Shown here: positions 36,767 to 47,600 of the stretch, piece by piece
Numbering within the stretch: the first letter of the stretch is position 1
How the letters are laid out: the number at the start of each line of letters is the position of its first letter
Assembly: GCF_024521635.1 (NCBI RefSeq)
Contig: NW_026250405.1
Span: 1,612,001-1,676,000, forward strand
Length of the DNA stretch: 64,000 nt
Direction: 5' to 3'
From: Tricharina praecox
Lineage: Eukaryota
Made by a program: the position numbers and the translations under genes
Notes under the pieces: generated by a model
What the model was told of the DNA's origin: nothing
Databases searched by the model: none
What the model saw: only the letters and a program-made list of their open reading frames with translations

Positions 36767-39700
36767 TACCGTATGTAAGGCGAACGGAAAATGCGATTGA
36801 ACAACTGCCTAGCTGCCTAGGTATTCGAAGCTGGAGGGGTGGGGAGGGTTGAGGAGAGTGGATGATGGAGGGTGGATTCTGCAGGCTGCACAGTGCTGCA
36901 GGCTGCATCTCGCCAGCCAATCAATCCATCGTGATCCGCAGCAGTGCAGCAGCAGTGCAGCAATGCAGCAATGCAGCACTATCCATCCAGCGAGCCAATG
37001 AGTTCGTCACCACAGGCAGGCCGTCCATCGAAATCGCCAATCACAATAAACAGCACCGCACCGCACCGCACCGGCATGCTAGAGTGCCAAGGTACCCAGT
37101 CGTTGACGAGCCACCAAGACGGGAGCCACTTACATACGGTGCAGCCCAGATGCAGGCAGGGCCCGAACTGGATTTTCGGAGTCGCGGCCGAGGACTCGAG
37201 CTGGATGGTTGTGGAAGGTTCGATGCCATGTTTTCCTCCTCTCACCCCACCCCCTTCTCCCAGGGAAATGCAATCAATCGGGGGCAGGGGGAGTACTGTA
37301 CCCGCAGTGTGGCGGATACTGTACCGTACCGGTACATACAACAGTGAACACTCGATGTCATGTGCCATACATACTAGTAGCCTACCGTACATACGGTATC
37401 TACATGATTGCACGCACGCAGCGCTGGCCGACCAAGCCCACACCGGCAACTCTCGGCTTCCAGCGGTATGTAAGCAATGAGATGTGCACAGGCCCGATTG
37501 GAACGGTTCGAATGCTGATGGAAACAGTGTAGCGATACCGATGGAGCCAGCCACGGCCCGCGCCGTTGCGGCTTGGAATGTCCATTGTCCAACGAGAGTA
37601 ACGCCCGCCGCCGAGCCACTTATCCGATGAGGAATACGGTAACTCACTGGCGAGGAGCCAACAGATGATGCATACGGCATCAACCTGCCGGCTGGGAGTG
37701 TATGTACAATACAGTACTCACATGCGACTACACAAGGCTTGGTTAGTCAGTTAAGTGCTGGTCGTCCCCCTCCAGGCTCCCCCCGCTTTTCCGCCTCCGG
37801 TGCCACTGGCGTGCGGCGTGGCGTACGTATGCGCGCCCCAGTCTTCTGGGTACCGTAGTTGTTGGATTCACTGGCGGACAGGCAGAAGATAGCAATTTTT
37901 TGCGAGTCTGATAGGCGTCCACGATGGCGGTGCTAACTAACTAATACCGGTAGGTATCGCTAGCCCCCCATGGCTTAGAATCTTAGATACTCTCGAGATG
38001 GCATTTCGCCAGCCCGATCCTTCACAGCCGGGCCGCGTTGTCACCTGGGCTGGGGCCGGAGCCTGCTCCCCCGCGCGCCCCCGCGTATGGGCTTTCGGAT
38101 TTCCTACATACACACCTGGCGCAAGTTCGGTCTTGTTTGTTAGCCGGCCCCCCTCCCCCGCCTCCGCCTGTACATACTTTACTTTACTATCATATCGCGC
38201 GTGGTGCTGGTGCTGGTACGTACGAAGTAGGTTACGTGGGGCCAATTACTTACCCCAGACTTCGAAAGCGCACACTCCAAGTCTGGGGGTCTGGGGGAGG
38301 AAAGGCTAGGACAACATGTCCTACAAATAGGTATATCTTATCTTCCCTTCCCTCCCCCCCCCCCCCCCCCCCCCCACAGCGCCCCCGCGCAGACTGCAGT
38401 CTGGTACATACGGTCTCGCGGGGTGCCACTGCGCTGTGTTGTACTGTGCTGTGCTGCCTGCTAGGTGACGTACATACCTGCTTACCTGTACAATACATAC
38501 TACATACTACATGTTCTTACAGTTATGTATGTGTGTGTGTAGGTAGACGTAGCGATATAATGCTAAGGGGATGCGTTTCCCGCAGAGACGTCGACGTAGC
38601 ATGAGCAGCAGCAGTGTGGACGTGTAACAGTTACCTGGTGGTGAATCGAGTTGAGTTGAGTGTTCGCATCCTCCCGTCGGAGCTGGCAGTTGCCAGTATG
38701 TACGTCCAGATTGCTAATCGATTCGGCGCAGGAAAAACGACGAATGGAACGTACGTCGTAAACTGCAAGGCTACTAGAGCTACAGCAACGTGCCAGGGAT
38801 TCCGAGCCACCACTACCATCGTCATCATCATCACCGCCGCCGCCGCCGCAATCATCAATCACCATAGACACACGAGAATTCGGAATGATCATATCGCAGT
38901 GTCCAGAGTCCACGCTGTACCACAGCTCCTCTGCACGCTGCACTGGCGATCTCGCAGCGATCTCGCAGCGAGCGAGCTGGTGCGAGCTGGTCCGCACTGC
39001 GCGATGCCGAGGTCGAGGTCGAGGCGTCGTCGAAAGAAACAGATTACGGCAACGGCCCACTGGCACATTACAGTACAGTACAGTACACTGCAGCGTTCTG
39101 TTTGTGTTTGTGTTCCTTCGGGTCTCGATTGATCGCAGCTAGGGAGGGAGGGGGGGGGGGGGGGGAGGGGGGGGGCGATGCCACTCTAGAAACAGAAACA
39201 GCACGGTCACCAGAACACGCGCCCTCAGATCTAGATGGCCATTCATCTCCCCCTCCTGTTCCTCCTCCTCCTCCTCCTCCTCCTCCGAGTTGAGGTTTGC
39301 CACCGCGAGCGAGCGAGCGACGTGATGCTGTGCGCGAATTTCCGTTCTCCTTCCAAGAGCCCAAGTTCCAGTTTCCAGTTTCCCAGCCCATGGTGCCCAC
39401 CCCGCGTCCATCGTGTCATGTCACGGCATGTCATTGGCAGATAATATCTCCAGGTATGTATGTATGTATTGTACAGTATGTACGAGCACATACGGCCACC
39501 AGCGGCCAACCAATGCAGCCAATGCAGTTAGTGGTTGGTGGTTGGTGCGTGTGTGACACGCCTCGGGTTACCACTGGCTCAACTGTATCGATATATACCA
39601 GATAGGTAAGCATCTATCCAATCAATCATCCATCATCCACAAACCCAAACATAGGTCAAGCCTGCACCTGCCACCGTTCTTTTCGATGGATGGGGGTGAC

Positions 39701-40576
39701 TAGGTACTTAGGTAGGCAGCTGTGTGGAAAGAAAAGAAACCGCCCACCCATCCCGCACCAAAATTGAGCTCACGTACGTTTTACTACGCCGGAGGTGACT
39801 TGTACAGCATCGGCAGTAACATATACCGGTATTCAGCGTGGACCGGACGTCACGTCAGGATCAGAAACACACGGTGTACGATGTAGATCACAGATGCGTG
39901 TCCATTCACTCTATAGGGTCCTCTGCAGGGTCTGCAAGCTCTGCTGCTCAAATACCGATGAAATGTTCGAGTTGTTGCTTTTGTGGCGGCGCGGCGGGGA
40001 ATGATCCGACCCGAACACATGATAGCACTCGCTCGTGCTGGACACGTGAGCGGCGAGAAAAGTGATATGTACTCGAGTACAGTACATAAGTACGCTGTAG
40101 GTAGTAAATTGTGAGTGACTCGACCGCTATGTACATACATCTGGAGTGTAGTTAGCCCGGACGTCTTCTCCAATGTTATACACATACCTTATAGTAACTA
40201 TTGAAGATCGTCCCTCTGCCCTTCGCATGATAGGTATGCGCTCTCGGGAGAAGTGCGTAGTTTCTCCCAGGCACGTGGTCATGGAGTGTCTGATCTGTTG
40301 AACATGAGACCGACCGACTAGACTAGACGAACATAAAAGCAGCAGTCGAGAACATTTCAAAGTTGAGCGACCGCCGACCGCATTGGGTGTGCCCGCCATC
40401 ACACCCTGGTCCCGCCATACCGCCGCCTTCCGCTCCCCGCAACACAAAGCCGCCTCTGTCCCCGAATGCCACACGGGTTGGAAAGACTCAGGAGCTGTAC
40501 TAGTACTATGTCTCTTATCTTTTGCCGTGAGAAACAAAACGGCAAAAATGAGACACCTCAGTATCTTATATAGACA

Positions 40577-40656
40577 TGATTCAGCCGGGATTTGAACCCG
40601 GGTCGGGCGCATATTGCGGATGGCAAGCGCCCATGATACCCCTACACTACTGAATC
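40577..40656 (-). tRNA. tRNA with anticodon GCC (nominally Gly), 9-nt intron; copy 1
   Basis: Exact reverse complement of 42340-42419. T5 run about 30 nt downstream. Confidence 0.88.
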
Positions 40657-42339
40657 TGCTGTATGCATCTGATGCATCTAGTGTGATGACAGACGAGAAG
40701 TATACCATCTGAGGCTGCTCGTCCATGCACAGACGGCGTTGTCTCCCTGCCCGCAAGGAAACCAACGAAACCCCCAGCGTGGACAATCCAGCCAGCCAGT
40801 GTATGGCGCAGTGCACATCCGAGCATCGGGACATCCCGGCGCACCACCTCGCCGAACGTTCAGTCTGAGTCCAGACAGACAAACACAGGCTAACTACAGC
40901 ACGGCCGGCCGGCCGACACATCGCAGATCTTCCTCGCACCATTGCGCACATACCATTGGCAGAAAACCTCCGACTGGCTGCGTACATTGCATCTGGAGCC
41001 AGCCACATCCGCTCGCACCACGTCGCCATCAAGGGATTCGGGAAACGAATTTTTCGAACGTCAGAGATGTCTGCAGGATGGGATCGATTGCTCGTATTCC
41101 ACGTCCGGCACCGACGCTAGGTACTGACCGCTGGTAATGGTGGTGGTGGTGGTGGTGATACGGCGATGGGCTCCGGATGCGGTGAGTCCGTGTGTTAAGT
41201 GGCCAACTGCTCTGCCCATGCTGCCCATCCACAGACCAATCAAATATACCTAGGTCCCAGAGTGATGGCTTGTGCAGCTGTACTCTCCATACCTACCGGG
41301 ACGTACTCTAGTTACCTATGCCTCGTCACACTACTACATATCCGGATTCCACAGCTCGAGTCCGTTCACCAAAAAGGAACCCCCCCCCCCACCCGCCGAC
41401 CAAAGGAGTATGATGATACTTCCGAGTGGGTGCAAGGTACCTAATCGCAAAATCTCCTCCATCCTGCGGATGAAGCTATGTACATAGCAACATCGGATGG
41501 ATCCCACCCCAACCGCGCAGTGCGCGCTTAAGATAATATCTTAATATCTCTCTCTAGCATCGTACCGTACCGTAACGTACGTATGCAGGCTCTCGCCCCG
41601 CCCCGCCGCGGTATATATGTACTCGAACATTAGGCACATAAGTAAGCTACAGATACAGATACAGATACAGATACGGATACGGATACGGATACGGATCTTT
41701 GTTCCAGCTGGTGCAACTTGCAGATTAAATTTATATCTACATACTTGAACCGTTGTCTGGTGATGGTGGCGGTGATGGGAGGTTGTGGGCGTGCGCGTGG
41801 ATATGGTGGTGGTGCTGGTGGTGCGCCTTGCAGGACAGTATTTGCCGATAACTAGATACGGCCTGCATTCACGACCCCCCCCCCCCCCCTCGCCGATGAT
41901 GTCGGGCGACGTGGTGCGAGCGGACGTTGCTGGCTCGAGATGCATACCTACTATACGCAGCTAGCCAGCCAGCCAGTCGGAGGTTTTGCAGCCAATGCAG
42001 TGGTCACTGATCCTACGAGGAGGATCTGCGATGCGCCGGCCGGCCGTACGGTGCTGTGTCTGATTGTCTGAACGTTCGGGGAGGTGGTCTTTGGAGTGCC
42101 GGTATACTGTATCCCGAATGCAGATGCGACTCGTGAGGCGCACGGAGTGATTAACTGGCTGGCTGCGGGCGGGCTTGTCCGCCGGTGGGAAGACTGGGTT
42201 TCTGGGCTTGCAGTAAAGCAGTGGAGTGGTGGTTGGGGAGACAGAACGCCGGCCGTGCATGGATGGGTAGGAGGTATAATACATAGGTTGGCTTTTTCAA
42301 CATCTGTTATTGCACTATATGCGAGAAACGCATACACAA

Positions 42340-42419
42340 GATTCAGTAGTGTAGGGGTATCATGGGCGCTTGCCATCCGCAATATGCGCCCGACCCGGGT
42401 TCAAATCCCGGCTGAATCA
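42340..42419 (+). tRNA. tRNA with anticodon GCC (nominally Gly), 9-nt intron at 42376-42384; copy 2
   Basis: Cloverleaf: GATTCAG/CTGAATC acceptor stem plus A73; D arm GTGT-AGGGGTA-TCAT; anticodon stem GGCGC/GCGCC with loop TT-GCC-A^T; intron TCCGCAATA at the canonical 37/38 position; variable loop CGAC; T arm CCGGG-TTCAAAT-CCCGG. Mature body is 71 nt. Confidence 0.88.
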
Positions 42420-42814
42420 TTTCTATATAAGACAGTCAGTGTCTATCTTTTGCTATTGCTATTTTGGTTCCCAGGCAGATTTCAAAGGGTTTATTGCACT
42501 TCACGTGCAGCGTTTTCGACATTTCTACATAGTTGGTTAGGCAGGCAGGTCTTCGGTGGCGCTTCTGTCCCAGCCTCCAGCCTCGGGCGACTTCGAAGTT
42601 TGTTTTTAGATCGCCCCTATATCGAGTCTCGACCGCGAGCGTAAGCATTTTGGAGCAAACTCAATCGTGATATCTCCCCCACACAAATAGCATCCAGTGA
42701 GAACCGTGATGAGTTTGGGGGATCATCGCGACAAAAAGAAACGAAATCATTCTCGCCCTCGATGAATGGGTGGCTTGGAAGTTCCCAGGCACTACGAATC
42801 ACAATCACGTCGGC

Positions 42815-43430
42815 AGGTCTTATGCAGAGGGTTTTTTTCAATTTACAACCCATAACGCTGTGTCAGCCTTCGGGAGTCGAGACTGAAGAACTCTGTTTAC
42901 CTATCCGAGCACCAACTGGAAATATTGCCTCCTGTGCTCGCTGCATGCTATCGAACATACCCCATCGATCATACCATCCGTCAATGGAAATGCGGGCTGA
43001 GCTCTTATTGTCGCGGCGGCGACTCTGGATCTCCTCAATACAAATGTTATTTCTGCTCGTCTACCTACCATATGAAGCCATGTATACAAGTCATAAGCCT
43101 TATGGCAGCCTTGTATGAGGGCGATATTGAAACAACCCCCATGAGTATATTTTTACTTATATTTGTGTATTTTTTTTCTGTAGGGCTTTTCAGAAAATAA
43201 GGCTTAGTCAGGGTTTGCAACTTTTAGGCCATATTGTTGAATATGGCTTCCACAATCTTGAGGGCTGTGAAAATTAGTTGCGACCCATAAGCTTTCTGCA
43301 ACGCCTACTAGCTGCCATGCCTTATGAGTTCATAGGGCTTCCGTAAGGATGCCATAAGGAATTTTCATAAATAAGGGTTCTTGTGATTCTAAGCAATACA
43401 TAATGACCTCTTCTGCACAAGCCTTATCAT
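42815..43430. mobile_element. AT-rich relic with clustered CATAAG/CTTATG motifs and an imperfect inverted repeat (possible decayed DNA-transposon end or foldback element)
   Basis: About 8-9 near-copies of the motif in both orientations. 43074-43110 (GAAGCC..TCATAAG..ATGGCAGC) is inverted relative to 43312-43341. Confidence 0.35.
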
Positions 43431-44246
43431 ACAATACTTATCACTTGTGGATGCTCTTCTTCCGTACCCTCACATACCTAAACCAAGTACTCTCCTTCTC
43501 CGCGGATACCTACGCTTGTACTATATGACTATGTCCGCCGGTTGCTGTACATACCTCCTTCTTCTATAGAACAATTTCATGCTTTTTGTTTAATCATTGA
43601 TTGCATGCGACCTGTCTAGATCATGGCAATGTCTACCCGTACACTTCCCTGTTTCCACGCCGCTGTCCGACTCGACTTTACCGAGTGGCCGATGTGGCTT
43701 TCCCTGCCCTTCGCCCCGGCCTAAGAACAATTTCATGCGTAGGATTAGTTGAGCATCATCAGCTATCACTTCATTGGGCGAGTGATGAAACGTGTACGAT
43801 CCCTAGCAAAACAAAACAAAATAAAACTTGGAACAGAGGCGGCCAGGGGAACCAACCCAACCCAACACCCAAAGCCTTCACCCCCTGGAGCTTACTGGTA
43901 CTTAAATCCTCCTACGCTGGATGAGCGGCCACCAGACTACTATATAGATGACTTCATTAGTATTGAAATAGGCTGATGACAGGGTTCAGCCTTACTGGGC
44001 GATTTTCGTAAATTTCTCATTCTTTCATCGATCCAGCTAACTACTCATTATCACCACAACCACTGGTCGAGACGTTCTCTTTCCATCGAACATGTTTTGA
44101 CATTGTCATCATGATAGTTGTGGTGGTTGGGCCCGTTGGGTGATGAGAAAGAGACCCTCCGACCGTATTCAGCCTCATCCTGGCGGTGCCAAGATCTCAG
44201 CCTATCCCAATACTAATGGAGTCATCTTTATAGGCAGTATCTACTT

Positions 44247-44665
44247 GTATAGAACCACAAGCTCCCTACCTGGATACCTTTTGATCCGGCATTACTCCAT
44301 AGAACCTCACTCGAATCCGCACCTTCGCCCCCAAGGCAAGGGGTGAGAGCGCAGCAGGTTTGGCCATGGCGATAGGGGCCGATGAGGTCAGAGGCCTCCT
44401 GTAACCGGTACCGGCATAGTACTAGTATACGAGAACCGACGCAACGAAAGCTCATGTTTCCGCAAGACAAGGCTCACCCTAGCCTAGAGCTCAATTCAGT
44501 ACTAACAAGTATAGCACCACAAGCTTCCATACCTGGATAACTTTTAATCCGGTATTACTCCATAGAACCTCACTCGAATCCGCACCTTCTCCAAACAAAA
44601 ATGTTTTCCAAGCACCCCCACGATCACTCTCGCCCCCCCTTCGCCCCCAAGGCAAGGGGTGAGAG
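44247..44665 (-). repeat. Dispersed repeat family member: one full unit plus a partial tandem unit
   Basis: 44247-44350 repeats 44510-44665 (TTACTCCATAGAACCTCACTCGAATCCGCACCTTC..GCCCCCAAGGCAAGGGGTGAGAG), the latter having an extra ~50 nt. 44350-44632 is the reverse complement of 62713-62971. Confidence 0.85.
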
Positions 44666-47600
44666 GCGTGGTAAATTACTAAACTCTCCCAAACCCCCAA
44701 AGTGCCCGAGCGGTGGCTAGTGGGATCGAAGCGGCCATGATATATGGGACCGTGCGCGGGCATAGCGGCAGAAGAATTCTTCACGGGGGGCGATTCTTTG
44801 GGACCGTAGAGCACAGCAAAACAGGTACCTGGTAGAGTACTATATGTACATACATAAATACATACGCGGAGCGGCCATAACGCCAGTGCTTCGGATTGAG
44901 TGGAATTCCACATCCCCATGGAAGGAAGCCAGAATGAATGAGTCCCAGATCGCTGGGTGAGGTGTGATTGGCAGCTAATTAATGATCTCTGGTGGACATG
45001 CTCTGGTGAGAGGGTGGTGATCTCGCTGCCACTTCAATAGAGTACCTAGGTAGGTCATAGGTACCCATCGACCTACCCCCCGTATTCCTGCTCGATGTTT
45101 GTGCGGCCCTGTCATTCGATGGTCGTGGGGCGCATGGCCGCAGGGCTCGAGGGTTCGCGCTGCAGATAGAGTACCTATGATGTATGTACTATACGGGAAT
45201 TTTTGGGTCTGCGAATTAGTTATGCATACCTAATTACCTAGGTCACTCAGATTCGGAGGGTTTGCTCTCGTCCAAAAGACAAGGCCGGCGCCATGACCGT
45301 AAATCCACCGTCACAGGTGATGATTTCGGAGCCATGATTTCGACCCTCACCCATCTATGGAGTAATAGAATACCTACATACATACTCACGGCTCGAGCTT
45401 TGACTCTAGAGCTCTTACGGTGAGGATGGCAGTGGCAGTCGGGAGGTAGTTGACCGCAATCCGGCAATACGGAAGCTGTCATGTATCCGATGGGCTGATA
45501 GGTACATCATTCTTTACTATAGGGTGAGGCCGATTTCAATCCGACGGATTGTGCGCGGCCAGCTAGCCGTTGGTCATCCAGCACCAACCAGGTACCTACA
45601 TGATTATGTGTACTATAGGCGAGGTGAATCAACGTTGTGATGTGTTGGATCGCATCGCAGGATAACTATGTAACTACCAGTGCGGATGTGTCTCTCTGCG
45701 CACGCAATCACAATCTCGCCATTCGCACGGCAAGTTATTGCCGACTAGCGGAGCCGGCCCTTCAAGCCCGCGGAAGCGGGAGTGTTGAACGGCGCGCCCG
45801 TAGAGTGTAGAACCGGTAGATGGTAGATACTCCTCCTCATTCTCCTTCTTCTCCTGAATTGAGCATTCACGATTCACACCGCGTACCGGGTGCACGTGTA
45901 GAGTAGGTAGGTACATAGTTAGGTAGGTACATAGCTCTCATAGTAGTTGTGTAGATACTTTCCTGTACCGGGCGTGATTGACAACTATATGCAACAGGGC
46001 CCTCCGGAGTCTGCAGGGACGGACCTGCATGCTACTATTTCTCCATTGCGTAAATGTCAACTCGGTCGAGGGTGGAGGGGGGAGGCTTGTCGAAAGATCA
46101 GCGTCTACTAGGTAGTAAGCAAATCTCTCTGCGCACGAGTGGGGGATCAGCGGGCTGGACCACCGAATCAGTGTAGCATCCTCCGAACGTTGGTTGTTTC
46201 ATCTGGTTTTGGGCTTTTCTTTCTTTTCAACTTCGCCATCATACACAGGATAATACATACCACAATGGCTCGTATGATGATAAGCTTTTACCCTACTGGA
46301 GGTAAAGGGAGTGAAGTTATACATAAGGATATTTTATACCCTCCACCCCCCCGGGGTGGGCGTAGTGGGAACGCCGTCGAGTACCTATCTATCGGTGAAA
46401 GGAAAGTCAGGTGACGGCCCGTTTAAGGCGCGAAGGAGTGAAGCTGGGTGATGCCTGCCTTTAAGGGTTCCTGGCCTTCCCTCCCCGTTCACGCGTACTA
46501 AAATACCTACATAGCGTCTCCGAACGACCGATAGTTAGAGCAGTCTACGGGAAGAAGAAAAAGAGCCCTTTACCAAACGGTCGTCCGCAAATCGCACCGT
46601 GCCGTGCCCCAGGGGCCAGTAAACAGAGACTTCCGAGTTTGGCAATTATGAACCGTGGATGTATTAGTGCCGTACCTTAATTCTCACAGTTATGAAGCTC
46701 GAAGGAGCTGGTGGTGGCAGCGGCAGCGGCGGCGGCGCCGGAGAAGGGCATTCCCCGAGAAAAAAATGAAAACCTGGGGAGCCGGTATCGATAATCGGCG
46801 AACCTCTACCGTCTATATCTGTATATCTGTACCTATCATGCCAACAGTAAGCAACACACTCTGAAAGTGGAGTGATGATGCAACTTACTACCTATGGTCT
46901 TCTGCCTACCTATCTCAACACATTCCGAAACATCCATTCCCCTTCCTGGTTATCGAGATTGAAGATGGTCGTTGACAATTGCTTCTTGCCGATGGTGGGC
47001 AGCTACCTATCCGCATCCGTAGCAGTAGCTTCGGCTCCAAAGCTCTCTGAGAAATTTGTTTGCAACATGTTCGGGGGTTTTCGGTAGAATAAAATGTTTC
47101 TTTCGACTAGAAGTTTAGCGGGGGTTGTTTCCCTGCAGGCCGCCAGTGGCCACCAGACGCGTACATAGGTAAAATAGACATGGGACAACTAGTTATCGTC
47201 AGCTTGTTGGTCTTTGCTCGATCCCTGGCTCAGCCAAACCAAGGATCCTCTGCGTATTCAGCATCCCCGCCCCTCGGTTGTCGTGCCGTACATATGTGCG
47301 TTGCTGTTTGGATTGCTTTTTGGGTTGCGATGGCGGTGGTGGTGGTGATGGACTGGTGGTGGTGGTGTGGTCTCGGCTTCGCTTCAGACGGGGCAGGTGT
47401 CGGTCAGGCATCTAGGATTCTCGCTGTGCAAGCAAACCCTGCCGGAATGGGCTGCCAATTCACGCTTCAGCACTCGACCGACAGTGGAGGGCACGTGGGG
47501 TCACTTTGTTTGCCCCTGTCCGGCCAGAGCTTGTTTTTTGTCGGCGGCGCTCCATTGAGGCTGCTGAATGGAGCATGTAAATGTGCAAAGACACAACGCT

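Larger units (their letters stand above)
40542..42453. repeat. Old inverted duplication: arms ~40542-41027 and ~41905-42453, spacer ~880 bp
   Basis: Collinear reverse-complement blocks (GGCGACGTGGTGCGAGCGGA, AGCCAGTCGGAGGTTTT, GATCTGCGATG, CTGAACGTTCGG(C/G)GAGGTGGT, GTGCATGGA, the tRNA, TCTATATAAGA) separated by indel-rich diverged sequence. Confidence 0.9.

Noticed and set aside
40127..41032. 301-aa minus-strand ORF and the mirrored ORF 42084-42644 sharing a peptide
   Set aside because: The shared peptide is the translated tRNA gene; the frames diverge outside it.
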